Assembly (NCBI GenBank): GCA_965205505.1
Contig: CBDBHB010000009.1
Location: forward strand, 2,208,001 to 2,272,000
Source of the DNA: Acidobacteriota bacterium
GTDB lineage: Bacteria > Acidobacteriota > UBA890 > WLXD01
DNA: 64,000 bases
Direction of reading: 5' to 3'
Position 1 is the first letter of the stretch. Each line of letters opens with the position of its first letter. A model generated the notes under the pieces. The model had not been told where the DNA came from, ran no database searches, and was given only the letters and a program-made list of their open reading frames with translations. The translations under genes were made by a program, and so were the position numbers. Positions 49,191 to 60,600 of the stretch are shown in pieces.

Positions 49191-50023
49191 GCCAGTTCGA
49201 GTTACGCCACGTCGTCGACGTGCTGTTGGTGGCGTACGTGCTCTACCGGATCTTGATCCTGATCCAGGGCACGAGAGCCGTCCGCGTGGTGGTGGGATTG
49301 GTGTTGGTGTTCGTTGCCTACACGCTGGCCAACCTGCTGCAGTTGAGCACCGTCGTGTGGTTGCTGTCGAACGTATTCACGTACATCGTGCTCGCCGTGA
49401 TCGTGCTCTTTCAGTCGGAACTGCGCCGCGGACTGGCGCATCTCGGAGGCACTGCGGCGCTGCGTGGGCTAACCGCGGCGATTCCGACAGAGCCGTTCGA
49501 CGACATCGTCAGTGCCGCCACCGCGATGGCAGCTGAGCGCCGCGGCGCGATCATCGTTTTCGAGCGTGCTGTCGGGTTACAGAACTACATCGACCAGGGC
49601 ATTACGTTAGATGCCAAGATCTCGTTCGACCTCTTGTTCTCGATTTTCCACCCGGCGACGTCGTTGCACGACGGTGCAGTAATCGTGCGCGGCGACCGAG
49701 CCGCCGCTGCATCGTGCTTCCTCCCGCTGACCTCGAATCCGCGATTGTCGCGCGGCTTGGGCTCGCGTCATCGCGCCGCAATCGGCATCTCCGAGGAGAC
49801 CGATGCGGTCGCGTTGGTCGTTTCAGAGGAGTCAGGCAGCCTCTCGCTCACAGTCAGCGGCAAGATAACTCGGCGCCTCGACGCGGCGTCGTTGAGCCGC
49901 CGACTGCGCGAGCTGCTGGTGGTGGAGGAGGCCACCGGGGCCGAGCTCGAGGTCGAGGAACCGGCCGCATCGACCGAGCATCAGGCGGGACACGATGGGA
50001 CGCCGCAGGCGGTACACGAATGA
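49178..50023 (+). CDS. cdaA: Diadenylate cyclase CdaA
   Basis: Three TM helices, LHDGA, GSRHRAA and VSEE. Confidence 0.92.
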   Translation: MDFLSQFELRHVVDVLLVAYVLYRILILIQGTRAVRVVVGLVLVFVAYTLANLLQLSTVVWLLSNVFTYIVLAVIVLFQSELRRGLAHLGGTAALRGLTAAIPTEPFDDIVSAATAMAAERRGAIIVFERAVGLQNYIDQGITLDAKISFDLLFSIFHPATSLHDGAVIVRGDRAAAASCFLPLTSNPRLSRGLGSRHRAAIGISEETDAVALVVSEESGSLSLTVSGKITRRLDAASLSRRLRELLVVEEATGAELEVEEPAASTEHQAGHDGTPQAVHE

Positions 50024-50994
50024 ACCCCATCGGTGCCGTCTGGGCAAACCTTCGACCGTTCGACAACCTTCCACTGAAGCTGATCTCGCTGGCGATGGCC
50101 CTGGGCTTGTGGAGCGTTGTACCCGATGCGGACGTACCGCATACCGTCAGCGGCGTGCCGATTCAGCTGCAGAACATGCCTTCCGACCTGGCGCGGCTCG
50201 ATTCCGCGTCGCTCACCGTCGATGTGACGGTGCGCGGCATGCCGGCGCGCACCCGTGATCTCACCCCAGGACAGCTGTCGCCGCGCATCGACATGTTCGG
50301 CGCCGTTGTCGGTGAGAATGTGATCACCCTGTCCGCCGGTGATATCGCCCGTCCGTTCGGTGTGTCGGTTGATCGCATCGAACCGGCGCGGCTCAGAATT
50401 CTGCTAGATGAGAAGGTGCGCGTCGAGCTGCCGGTAAACGCCGTGGTGGAGGGCAGTCCGGCCGCAGGCTTTGAGATCAGTGACAAGATCGTCGAGCCGA
50501 CGATGGTTTCGGTGGCCGGGCCGGGCTCGCGGGTTGCCGAGCTCACCAGCGTGTCCACCGAGATCGTCAACGTTGCCGGCCGCCGCGAGCCAATCACCGG
50601 AGAGGTGGCGGTGCTGACCGATGACCCGTTGGTCACCGTCGATGAGAGCGACAGCGTGACCATGACGATCGTCATCAGTGAGTCGGCCGTGCCTCGGCGG
50701 CTGGATGGCATCGCGGTAGAGATCGTCACCCAGGAGTACCGTGTCGTGGTGAACCCTGGGGAGATCGGGATCGTGCTGCGTGGCCCCCCGTCGTTACTGG
50801 ATAATCTTGGTGCCGACGACATCATTGCCCGTCTGGACGCCAGCGATCTTGCGCCGAGGCCGGAGGACTATCAGGTGGCACCACGCATCGAGTTCGTCGA
50901 CCCCTCGCTGTCGGACCGTATCGAGATCATGGCGATTACGCCTCAGAGCCGTATCGATGTCCACGTCTACGATCAACCGGCGGGATCGCAATGA
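50020..50994 (+). CDS. cdaR: CdaR/YbbR-domain protein
   Basis: NLPLKLISLAMALGLW anchor and YbbR-like repeats, located between cdaA and glmM. Confidence 0.85.
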   Translation: MNPIGAVWANLRPFDNLPLKLISLAMALGLWSVVPDADVPHTVSGVPIQLQNMPSDLARLDSASLTVDVTVRGMPARTRDLTPGQLSPRIDMFGAVVGENVITLSAGDIARPFGVSVDRIEPARLRILLDEKVRVELPVNAVVEGSPAAGFEISDKIVEPTMVSVAGPGSRVAELTSVSTEIVNVAGRREPITGEVAVLTDDPLVTVDESDSVTMTIVISESAVPRRLDGIAVEIVTQEYRVVVNPGEIGIVLRGPPSLLDNLGADDIIARLDASDLAPRPEDYQVAPRIEFVDPSLSDRIEIMAITPQSRIDVHVYDQPAGSQ

Positions 50995-52364
50995 CGGAAT
51001 TCGGCAAACGGACCATGGGCACACGGCTGTTCGGTACCGACGGCGTACGCGGCGTGGCGAACATCGAGCCGATGACCGTGGAGACAGCCGTGCGACTGGG
51101 TCGCTCCGCGGCACATGTGTTTCGCGGTGGCACGCACCGTCACCGTATCCTCATTGGCAAGGACACACGGCTGTCGGGCTACATGCTCGAGAGTGCGCTG
51201 GTGGCCGGCATCTGCTCGATGGGTGTGGACGCCATTCTCGTGGGACCGCTACCGACGCCCGGGATCGCCTTCGCCACCCGTGCGCTGCGCGCCGATGCTG
51301 GCATCGTGATCTCGGCGTCGCACAACCCGTACATGGACAACGGCATCAAGTTCTTCAATCGAGACGGGTTCAAGCTGCCCGACAAGCTCGAGGAGGAGAT
51401 CGAGGACCTCACCTTTACCGGCCGCATAGAGGACGTTCGCCCCACGGCGGACGCGGTCGGCAAGGCGTTCCGCGTCGACGACGTGGCGGGACGTTATCTG
51501 GAGTTCCTTAAGGGGACGTTGCCGCGCGGTTTCACACTGGACGGCATGCGCGTCGTCGTGGATGCAGCGCATGGAGCTGCCTATCGCGTCGGCCCAGACG
51601 TGATGGCGGAGCTTGGCGCGGACGTGATTGCTCTCGGCGCCGCACCGAGCGGCACGAACATCAACGACGGGGTGGGCTCGATGCACGTCGAGGCGGCCGT
51701 CGCACGGGTGCGCGAGGGTGTGGCCGATGTCGGCGTTTGTCTTGACGGCGACGCCGATCGGTGTGTGCTGGTCGACAGCGACGGCAACTTGGTCGACGGA
51801 GATCACGTACTGACGATCTGCGCGCGCGCTTGGAAGGAAAAGGGCGAGCTTCGCCACGATACGGTGGTGGCCACAGTCATGAGCAACCTCGGCCTCGATC
51901 TGGCGCTGCGCGAGATCGACGTGAAGGTAATGCGGACGGACGTTGGCGATCGCCACGTCGTTGCACAGATGCGCGACGGCGATTATTGCATCGGAGGTGA
52001 GCAGTCGGGGCACACCGTGTTTCTCGATTTCAATAGCACTGGCGACGGGCTGATCACGGCGCTGCAGGTGTTGCGCGTCATGCGCGAGACGGGGCGGCCG
52101 TTGGGTGAGCTCGCCGCATCCATGCAGCCGCTTCCGCAGGTGCTGAGGAACGTCGACGTGGCCGAGCGCCGCCCGATCGACGAGCTACCCGATGTGCAGG
52201 CGGCAATCCGCGATGCCGAGTCGAGCCTCGGCGACCGCGGAAGGGTCTTGGTTCGCTATTCGGGCACGCAGCCGATGGCTCGTGTGATGGTCGAGGGCGA
52301 GGATGCCGGCCAGATCGCCAGCCTGGCCAGTGATATCGTGAGCGCACTCGAAGCGTCGGCCTGA
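50991..52364 (+). CDS. glmM: Phosphoglucosamine mutase
   Basis: FGTDGVRG, ISASHNP, DGDADR and GGEQSGH. Confidence 0.96.
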   Translation: MTEFGKRTMGTRLFGTDGVRGVANIEPMTVETAVRLGRSAAHVFRGGTHRHRILIGKDTRLSGYMLESALVAGICSMGVDAILVGPLPTPGIAFATRALRADAGIVISASHNPYMDNGIKFFNRDGFKLPDKLEEEIEDLTFTGRIEDVRPTADAVGKAFRVDDVAGRYLEFLKGTLPRGFTLDGMRVVVDAAHGAAYRVGPDVMAELGADVIALGAAPSGTNINDGVGSMHVEAAVARVREGVADVGVCLDGDADRCVLVDSDGNLVDGDHVLTICARAWKEKGELRHDTVVATVMSNLGLDLALREIDVKVMRTDVGDRHVVAQMRDGDYCIGGEQSGHTVFLDFNSTGDGLITALQVLRVMRETGRPLGELAASMQPLPQVLRNVDVAERRPIDELPDVQAAIRDAESSLGDRGRVLVRYSGTQPMARVMVEGEDAGQIASLASDIVSALEASA

Positions 52365-52415
52365 GCCCGCCCGGCCGCCGCAGCGCCCCACCCGCTTCGA
52401 TGAGGTAGGCCTTCC

Positions 52416-53150
52416 ATGGCAGAACCGATGTTTCTGGGCGTCAACATCGACCACATTGCCACCGTCCGACAGGCGCGCCGTGCCCCGGAGCCTGATCCCG
52501 TACAGGCGGCGGTGCTGGCCGAGTTTGGCGGCGCCGACGGCATCACAGTGCATCTTCGTACCGACCGACGTCACATCAGCGACCGCGATGTCGAGTTGCT
52601 CGCCGCGACCGTCAAGACTCACCTGAACGTCGAGATGGCGTCTACCGACGAGATGCTCGAACTCGCTCTACGGTATCGACCTCACAACGTGTCGCTGGTG
52701 CCGGAGCGAGACGACGAGATCACCACCGAGGGCGGCCTCGACGTTGCCACCGATCCGGCGCGGCTACGCGACACGATACGGACGCTGCAAGAAGCGGACA
52801 TCGACGTGGCCATCTTCATCGACCCGGACCATCGTCAGGTCGACGCCGCCGGCGAGCTCGGTGTGCAGCAGATCGAGATCAACACGGCCGCCTATGCCGA
52901 CGCCAGCGAAGGGCGCGACCAGGCTGTCACATTGCGCGCGCTCGAGAAGGCGGCGGCGACTGCGAGGCATGCGTCGGATGGCGGCCTGCGGGTTGCCGCC
53001 GGGCATGGGCTCACCTACCGGAACGTCGGCGCTGTCGTGCAGGTAGCGCAGATCGCCGAGCTCAACATCGGGCACAACATCGTGGCGCGCGCGACCTTCG
53101 TCGGTCTCGCCCGAGCGGTGCGCGAGATGAAGGTGCTGCTGCGCCGCTGA
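52416..53150 (+). CDS. pdxJ: Pyridoxine 5'-phosphate synthase
   Basis: LGVNIDHIATVRQAR, TTEGGLD, AGHGL and ELNIGH. Confidence 0.95.
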   Translation: MAEPMFLGVNIDHIATVRQARRAPEPDPVQAAVLAEFGGADGITVHLRTDRRHISDRDVELLAATVKTHLNVEMASTDEMLELALRYRPHNVSLVPERDDEITTEGGLDVATDPARLRDTIRTLQEADIDVAIFIDPDHRQVDAAGELGVQQIEINTAAYADASEGRDQAVTLRALEKAAATARHASDGGLRVAAGHGLTYRNVGAVVQVAQIAELNIGHNIVARATFVGLARAVREMKVLLRR

Positions 53151-53229
53151 GGCATGTTTCTGGTGCACCCGAATCGGGGTGACGGCAGGGCGTTGGCATT
53201 CTCCGCTTATGCTAGAATCCGACCCGTGT

Positions 53230-53305
53230 GGGCGGTTAGCTCAGCTGGGAGAGCACCTGCCTTACAAGCAGGGGGCCACTGGTTCGAGTCCGGTACCGCC
53301 CACCA
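53230..53305 (+). tRNA. tRNA-Val(TAC)
   Basis: Full cloverleaf, TAC anticodon, CCA end. Confidence 0.95.
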
Positions 53306-53347
53306 TTTTTTCGCCGCCGGCGGCGGCGCGGTAGACGGCTTTTGGGC

Positions 53348-53425
53348 GGGGCCGTGGTGTAGCTTGGTTAACACGCCGGCCTGTCAAGCCGGAGATCGCG
53401 GGTTCAAATCCCGTCGGCCCCGCCA
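53348..53425 (+). tRNA. tRNA-Asp(GTC)
   Basis: Full cloverleaf, GTC anticodon, GCCA end. Confidence 0.95.
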
Positions 53426-53708
53426 GTCTTCCCGCTGAAATCCCAAGCAGTACCGGGTGATTTCGCGATTCCTCTGCCGCACGTGCTACGATCAATCTGG
53501 CGAAGCCCTACGTCGGGCTCGACAAGCCGCGCCGCCTTATCTACCAGGGCGCCGGCATCGAGGGCGCCGACGCTCATCACGCTCGGCAACAAGGGCTACA
53601 CGACGGCTACACAGAGTTTTCGGAAATCAATTAAGCCGTTTACTATTAATGACTTAGATGTCTACAGCTGCCGGCCTCGCACGCCGGAGACCGAGTGCGA
53701 TCATCCCT

Positions 53709-53817
53709 CTAGAAGACTAAAGCGGCGGTACGCGTTGGCCCGCCACTCACTCCGCCGCCCAACTTGAGCGGGAACCCCACGAACACGACGTCGTCTTCTC
53801 CAACGAGGTCCTCCAGA
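53709..53817 (-). pseudogene. Cyclase/kynurenine formamidase-like C-terminal fragment
   Basis: FVGFPLKLGGGVSGGPTRTAALVF, fused behind an IS orfA remnant. Confidence 0.5.
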
Positions 53818-54108
53818 GGCATCGTCTCCGGCAGCAGCTTCTTGAGCCGGCCGTTCTCGCGCTCCAGCTCCTTGAGCGGCCGCGCCTGATCCACTCGCAC
53901 CCCGCCGTACTCCTTACGCCACCGGTAGTAGGTGTTCTCGCTGATGCCCAGCTTCCGGCACGCCTCCGGGGTCTTGGCTCCTTGCGCCAGCTCGATCTCT
54001 GCCTCCCTGAGCTTGGTGATGATCTGCTCTGACTGGTACCGAAACCGGGGTGGGGTCAGAAGGCCTATGCTCGTCAACCGACGTGGTACTAACCGTGGGG
54101 TCAGGTCA
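53818..54108. mobile_element. IS3 debris: orfA fragment plus two stacked right ends
   Basis: EQIITKLREAEIE...ENGRLKKLL on the minus strand. IS ends terminate at 54058 (like 17396) and 54108 (like 6104). Confidence 0.8.
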
Positions 54109-54280
54109 ACTCGACGAGTACACGAAAGTGTTCAGTCACGGCGCTTCCGCGAGCGAGCTGTGGCCGGAGTTGTCGGTTCTTCTCGTGAGCGCTTTGGTCT
54201 TGTTCGGAATCGCCCGTCTCCTAGCCTGTCGCTGGAAAAGCTGCTGCTATAGTCGGTCGCATTCATTCGAGGATGCTGAC

Positions 54281-56821
54281 ATGACGCGAAACTCACGGTT
54301 CCGGCTAACGGTCGGGGCTCTTCTACTTCTCATCCTTCCTGTAAGCGTGCTGGCCCAGGGTCGCTATCCGGCGTCGAGACACGGCGGGAACTACATGCAC
54401 AACTTCTATTTCCCGCCGGCTCCCAGCGCGACCCCATGGGCTCCCGACTGGTCTCCCGACGGCACGTGGATCGCGGTGGCCATGAACGGGTCGATCTGGA
54501 GCGTCGATCCCGAGACCGGTCAGGCGCGCGAGCTCACCTACAACGAGAAGTATCACTCACTTCCGGATATCTCGCCCGACGGCAAGTGGCTGGTCTATAC
54601 GGCGGACGACGGCGGTCGAACGATCCAGCTGGAGATGCTGAACCTCGAGACCGGGGAGAGCTACGCCCTCACGAACGACGATCAGATATATGTCGACCCG
54701 GTGTTCTCTCCCGACGGCACGCGCCTCGCGTATGTATCCACGAAGCCCTCGGGCTACTTCAACGTCTATGTCCGCGGCGTGCGCGACGGCCAATGGGATG
54801 GCGAGGAGATCGCGATCACCGAAGACAACAACTACGGCAACGACCGTCTCTACTTCGGCGCATGGGATATGGCGATTACCCCGACGTGGCTCCCCGATGG
54901 GCGGGAACTCCTGTTCGTGTCGAACCGCAACATGCCCCTCGGCTCGGGAAACGTGCTGCGGGCGGCGGTGGCTCCTTCGAGCGTCGAGGAATCCCAAACC
55001 GTGCTTTCCGAGCAAACCCTGTACCGGACCCGTCCCGACGTGTCTCTCGACGGCAAGCGATTCATCTACGCGTCGACGGGTGGCTCCGCTGATCAGTTCA
55101 CCAACCTCTACGTCCAGCCCACGGTGGGCGGTGAGCCGTACAAGATGACGTTCTTCAGTCACGACGCTTTTCATCCGCGGTTTTCACCGGATGGAGAGTG
55201 GATCGCCTACATCGGGAACAAGGAGGGTCTACCCCAGCTCGAGCTCCTTGAGACCTACGGGGGGGCCCAGAGGACGATCCACATCACCGATCGTCGCTGG
55301 CGCCGTCCGATGGGCGTGCTATCGGTACGGACCGTCGTGGCCGGATCGTCAACGCCCGTAGGCTCGCGGGTTCACCTGCGCGCGTCGGATGGAAAGTTCT
55401 ACGCGCCGACCACGGCCTATGCGCGCGGCTCCGGTGTTGGCGACGATATCTTCCATCACGAAGGCACGTTCCGCGTCGAGGTGCCGCCCGGGCCCGTGGA
55501 GCTCACCATCGTGAAAGGGTTCGAGTACTGGCCGCAGACGCTCGAGGCCGACATCGAGGCGGGCGAGGTGAGCCAGCTCACCGTCTCACTCGAGCCGATG
55601 ACGGACATGGCCGCGAAGGGCTGGTACAGCGGCTCGACGCATGTCCACATGAACTACGCCGGCAACCTGCACAACACGCTCGAGAATCTGATGATGATGT
55701 CGGAGGCGGAGGACCAGGACATCGTCAACGAGCAGGTGGCGAACAAGGACAACCGTATCCTCGACTATCAATTCTTCGTTCCCGGCGGCGGGCCGCACCC
55801 GCTGTCGACGCCCGACCGAATCCTCGTGGTGGGCCAGGAGTACCGGCCGCCGTTCTATGGCCACGTGTTCATGTTCGGCCTCGAGGACCATCTCATCTCG
55901 CCTTATACGACCGGCTATGAGGGTACCGCCATCGAGAGCCTCTATCCGAGCAACACGGACATGTTCCGCAAAGCGAGAGCGCAGGGAGCGACCGTCGGCT
56001 ACGTGCACGCGTTTTCCGGCGAGAACGATCCGCTCGAAGGCAATCTAGGCGGAGCCAAGGGGTACATGGTCGACGCCGCGCTCGGGACCACGGACGCGGT
56101 CGAGTGGTCGCAGGCGGGCCGTTCCGGCTTCTATCCGTGGTACGCGACGCTCAACAACGGCGTCCACGTCACCGCGACCGGAGGTGAAGACTCGATCAGC
56201 AACCTGCACTTGAGCAAGCTGGTCGGATCGGTGTGCACCTATGTCTACACCGGTGAGCGCGGGCTCGACATGGAAGCGTGGTTCGAGGGCTTGCGTGAAG
56301 GACGTGCGTTCGTCTCCACGGGACCGCTCGTCGAGCTGACCGTCGACGGGCAGATGCCTGGGGATCGGGTGGCGCTCGCTCCGGGGGGCGGAAGCGTCGA
56401 GGTCGAGGCGAGGGTGCGCAGCATCACGCCGCTGAAAACGATCCTCCTCGTTTACAACGGAGAGGTCATCGAGGAGTTCGCGCCGTCCGGGGAGCGCACC
56501 AGCTTCGACTTGAAGAAGTCCTATACCGTGAGCGAGAGTGGCTGGTTCCATCTTCGTGCCGAGGGTGACCCGGAGCAGCGCTTTCCGCTCGATGCCGTTT
56601 ATGCGCAAGGCTTAACCAATCCGATCTGGGTCGACGTCGGGGATCAGCCGGTGCGCGATCGTGCCTCGGCCCAGTACTCGGTCCGATGGATCGACAAGTT
56701 ACGGGAGATGGCCGAGGCGTGGCCCGGCTGGCGTTCGGACCGGGAGCGGGCGCACGTTTTCGCCCAGTTCGACGAGGCGCGGGCGATTTACCAACGGCTT
56801 CTGTCCGAAGCGCCTCGCTAG
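54281..56821 (+). CDS. CehA/McbA-family metallohydrolase with TolB-like (PD40) repeats
   Basis: Signal peptide, repeated P.wSPDG, WYSGSTHVHMNY, GQEYR, GGEDS and TNPIWV. Confidence 0.85.
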   Translation: MTRNSRFRLTVGALLLLILPVSVLAQGRYPASRHGGNYMHNFYFPPAPSATPWAPDWSPDGTWIAVAMNGSIWSVDPETGQARELTYNEKYHSLPDISPDGKWLVYTADDGGRTIQLEMLNLETGESYALTNDDQIYVDPVFSPDGTRLAYVSTKPSGYFNVYVRGVRDGQWDGEEIAITEDNNYGNDRLYFGAWDMAITPTWLPDGRELLFVSNRNMPLGSGNVLRAAVAPSSVEESQTVLSEQTLYRTRPDVSLDGKRFIYASTGGSADQFTNLYVQPTVGGEPYKMTFFSHDAFHPRFSPDGEWIAYIGNKEGLPQLELLETYGGAQRTIHITDRRWRRPMGVLSVRTVVAGSSTPVGSRVHLRASDGKFYAPTTAYARGSGVGDDIFHHEGTFRVEVPPGPVELTIVKGFEYWPQTLEADIEAGEVSQLTVSLEPMTDMAAKGWYSGSTHVHMNYAGNLHNTLENLMMMSEAEDQDIVNEQVANKDNRILDYQFFVPGGGPHPLSTPDRILVVGQEYRPPFYGHVFMFGLEDHLISPYTTGYEGTAIESLYPSNTDMFRKARAQGATVGYVHAFSGENDPLEGNLGGAKGYMVDAALGTTDAVEWSQAGRSGFYPWYATLNNGVHVTATGGEDSISNLHLSKLVGSVCTYVYTGERGLDMEAWFEGLREGRAFVSTGPLVELTVDGQMPGDRVALAPGGGSVEVEARVRSITPLKTILLVYNGEVIEEFAPSGERTSFDLKKSYTVSESGWFHLRAEGDPEQRFPLDAVYAQGLTNPIWVDVGDQPVRDRASAQYSVRWIDKLREMAEAWPGWRSDRERAHVFAQFDEARAIYQRLLSEAPR

Positions 56822-57076
56822 AGCGCGCAGGCCTAATCGGGTGCCGGGTTCCATGGCGCTACCGCAGAGGGGTGGGTGAGCGCCGCATGCGTCCCGTCAG
56901 AGCCGGCGAGATCCAACGGGAGGGCAGGGAATGCCCAGGCTGGAAGGTTCAAGAAGGAGGGTAGTAGCCCCAACGGTCACGATTTCGAACACCACGCGGA
57001 GTACGTGGCGCGGCTGGCGAGGGCTAGGTAGCGGAGCTACGGATCCGTCACCACCCACCGATTCGTCGAGGCGCTT

Positions 57077-59221
57077 CTACGGATGTCGCCCACCGGTACT
57101 GCCTTGCTCGGCTACGTAGCGAATGTAGTGGCGCATCGCCAACAGCTCGTCGTCGGTGAGCTCGGGATAGGCTGGCATTCCGCGTGCCACGCGGCTGCCG
57201 TCGCGGACGACGGTCGCGAACGCGATGTCGGAAAGCACCACGCGAGAGGCTCTGAGATCCGGTGTTACACCGGCGGCAATCGCGCCTCTTCCGTGGCAGA
57301 GTTCGCACAGCCCAGAATATTCTGTGCCGCCCCGCAGCAGCAGGGTGGGGTCGACGTCGAAGTCGGCAGCTGCAATCGGTACCGGCACCACCGGCGGCGG
57401 CGATGTCGGTAGGCTGACCGCTCCGTCGAGGGAAAACGCCACAAGACGGCGTGGGTGTGCGCCGTACGCCCACCCATGCGAAGCTCCTTCGGCCCCCCCA
57501 CCGCCGCCATCACACCGCCCCAGCCGACCAGCAGAGCGACGTACTGGCGCCCGTTGATCGCATAGGTGATCGGCGGGGCGGAGATCCCTGAACCCACGTC
57601 GAAGGTCCACAACGTGGAGCCGCTCGCGGCGTCATGCGCCGCGAGCGTCCCGTCGACTCGTCCCTGGAACACCAGGTTGCCGGCGTCATCGTTCCGGGAT
57701 TCCAGAGGCCGCCTAGCGGAACCTCCCAGGCCAGTTCCTGGCGCACCGGATCCCACGCTTGCAGGGATCCGAGCACGCCGTCCGGCCTACTGGACCCTGC
57801 CAGGTTGTACCTGACCCCCACTCCGAGCCTTCCCACCGGTGAGTCCCAGGCTTCGAGGTCGATACCCTCGTCGCTGAACATCGTCGCCGTGTGGATTGTC
57901 GGCATGTAGGCCAACCCGGTGGACGGGTTGTAGGACATGGCAGGCCAGTTGTGGGCGCCGATCGGCCCCGGCGCGATCCGGGCCGGTCGATCATCGTACC
58001 GCGCGCCCGACACCTCGACGGGTCGGCCGGTCTCCAGATCGATCTCCGTCGCCCAGGTGACCTCGGCGAACGGTTCGGCCGAGATCAGCTTCCCGGTCTC
58101 GCGGTCGATCACGTAGAAGAAACCGTTCTTTGGGGCGTGCAGGATTGCTTTCACGTCGCGGCCGTCGATCTCGAGGTCGGCCAGGACGATGTCCATGTTG
58201 GAGTTGTAGTCCCACGTCTCGCCGGGCGTCGTCTGGTAGTGCCACAGGTACTCACCGGTATCCGGGTCGAGGGCGACAATGGAACACAGGAACAGGTTGT
58301 CGCCGCCCCCGGGGCTGCGGATCTTCCGGTTCCACGGTGAGCCGTTGCCGGTGCCGATGTACAGCACGTCTAGCTCGGCGTCGTAGGTGAAACCGTGCCA
58401 GGCGTTACCGCCGCCGCCGAACTTCCACCACTCGCCGGTCCAGGTCTCGGCGGCCATCGCCATGGCGTCGTTCTCGAACCCGTCGGCGGGGTTGCCGGGT
58501 ACGATCCAGAAGCGCCAGGCCTGCTCGCCGGTCTCGGCATCGTAAGCGGTGACGTAGCCGCGGGCGGCGCCGTTCTCGGTGCCGCCGTTACCGATCAGCA
58601 CCTTGCCCTTGAAGATCTTGGGGGCGCCGGTGATGTAGTAGTGGACGGCCGGGTCGACCGTCATGACGCTCCACAGCTCCTCTCCGGTGGTGGCGTCGAC
58701 AGCGTTGAGACGCCCGTCCCAGGTGGCGACGTAGACCTTGCCTTTCCAGAACCCGATGCCCCGGCTGTGGTCCCAGCCGGCCCGCATGCGATGGGCCGCG
58801 TGCCCGACGATGTCCGGGTCATACTCCCACAGCATCTCGCCGCTGGTTCCGTCGACGGCGCGCACGACGTTCATGCTGCCGATGAAGTACAGGATGCCGT
58901 CGACAACGAGCGGGTGGAAGTCAGGCCCCGATCGTTCGGCAGGTCGAGATACCAATCGACCGACAGGTCACCGACGTTAAACGTATTGACCTGGGTCAGG
59001 GGGCTGAAGCGCTGCTCGCTGTAGGTTCTCCCGAACGCCAGCCAGTTGTCGCCCCGCGACTCGTCGACCATGGCGCTGTCGTTGACCACGGTGGGCGACT
59101 GTGGCCTGCCGGATGATTGGGCGGCGCCGGGAGCTTGAGCGGAGCAGACCGCTCACACCATTGACGGCAGCAGCATCCACCGGCCACGGGTTTTCAGCGA
59201 TACAGACTCAGTGCGGTACAT
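57077..59221 (-). pseudogene. Quinohemoprotein (PQQ plus cytochrome c) alcohol dehydrogenase, inactivated
   Basis: GRTYSEQRFSPL, GTGNGSPW, WHYQTTPGETWDY and CELCHG. In-frame TGA at 59153-59155 and frameshifts near 58912 and 57683. Confidence 0.88.
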
Positions 59222-59510
59222 GGGTAGCTGATCTCCGTTTCCGGGTGGTCTGCGCGCTAGTTCTCGTCAGGCAGTTGGGGTCGGCACTGACTCTATCCAC
59301 GAAACCGAGGCTCAACAACAGAGGCGGCGCGACGAGTGACTCAATCGGCGTGACTGTAAACTGGGTCCGTTGGCTTTGCCGCGCGCGTGGAACCAGCGGC
59401 GCTCGCCTGGCGAACCGCCGATCATCTCGTGACGAACTGGGAGACGATCGCCTGAGGGAGGCTGCTGCGGGTCGATGATCGTACGTGCACACAGGCAAAG
59501 GAAAGCAAAG

Positions 59511-60587
59511 ATGAACGGCAAGCTCTCGGTATCGTTCTCTCCAAGGCACTATCCGATCGTCGTGGCGGCGCTTGCATCGGTTGCGGCGGTGTCATCCTAC
59601 CCTTCTGTCCAGCAGGGCCAGGTCTCCGAGGCTGCACCGTGGGAGGTGCCCAGAACGTCGCACGGTCATCCGGACCTCCAAGGGAACTGGACCAATGCGA
59701 CGCTGACCCCCTTCCAGCGCCTCGCAGGCCAGGGACCTGTTCTCACGTGGGAGGAGGTCGCCGAGATCGAAGCCAGGCAGATCGAAATGGTCGCCCGAGG
59801 CGCTGCTCCGAGCGATCCGAACCGCCCGCCGCTTCCGGCCGGGGGTACGATTCCAGAGTGCATCCATTCGGCGACAGATTGCTACAACGAAGTCTACCGA
59901 GAGCCCGGTGAGCGGGTAGCGATCGTGAACGGTGAGCCACGGAGCTCGCTTGTCACAAATCCGCCGGACGGACGCGCGCCGGAGCTGACGCACGAGGGGC
60001 GTCGCCGGGTCGACAAGTATCGGGAGCTCAGGAGCCAGTTCGGTCCGTATGACCATCCGGAACTCCGCCCACCTGGCGAACGATGCCTTGTATCGTTCCA
60101 ATCAAGCGCCGGACCGCCGATGCTGCCCAACTACTGGTACAACAACAACTACACCATCGTACAAAATGCCGATCACGTGGTGATCATGGCAGAGATGGTG
60201 CACGACGCGCGGATCATTCGGCTCGGCGAGCCGACGGCGCTGCCGAAGGACGTCCGTCCGTGGTTCGGTGACTCATGGGGGCGCTGGGAGGAGGACACGT
60301 TGGTGGTCGAAACCACCAACGTGAATCCCGAGCACGCGTTCCGTGGTGTGAAGCCGTCCGCAAAACGGAAGGTGACGGAACGCTTCACCCGGGTGGACGA
60401 GGACACGATTCACTACGAGTTCACCATCGACGACCCGACGATGTACACGAGTGCCTGGGGTGGCGAGGTTCCTTTCGAGCGGTTCGACCAACCGCTGTAC
60501 GAGTACGCCTGCCACGAGGGCAACTACTCGCTCGCCAACGTGCTGCGCGGGGCCCGGTATCAGGAGATGGTGGAAGCGCAGAGATAA
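59511..60587 (+). CDS. Secreted conserved hypothetical protein
   Basis: Signal peptide, RTSHGHPDLQGNW, GDSWGRWEEDTLVVET and YEYACHEGNY. Confidence 0.8.
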   Translation: MNGKLSVSFSPRHYPIVVAALASVAAVSSYPSVQQGQVSEAAPWEVPRTSHGHPDLQGNWTNATLTPFQRLAGQGPVLTWEEVAEIEARQIEMVARGAAPSDPNRPPLPAGGTIPECIHSATDCYNEVYREPGERVAIVNGEPRSSLVTNPPDGRAPELTHEGRRRVDKYRELRSQFGPYDHPELRPPGERCLVSFQSSAGPPMLPNYWYNNNYTIVQNADHVVIMAEMVHDARIIRLGEPTALPKDVRPWFGDSWGRWEEDTLVVETTNVNPEHAFRGVKPSAKRKVTERFTRVDEDTIHYEFTIDDPTMYTSAWGGEVPFERFDQPLYEYACHEGNYSLANVLRGARYQEMVEAQR

Positions 60588-60600
60588 TCTCTCGCGTGCG

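Noticed and set aside
49178-52364. cdaA-cdaR-glmM as a novel system
   Set aside because: A well-known conserved operon.
56955-56990. tRNA-like or att fragment GTAGCCCCAACGG...TTCGAAC
   Set aside because: Too short and interrupted to support a call.
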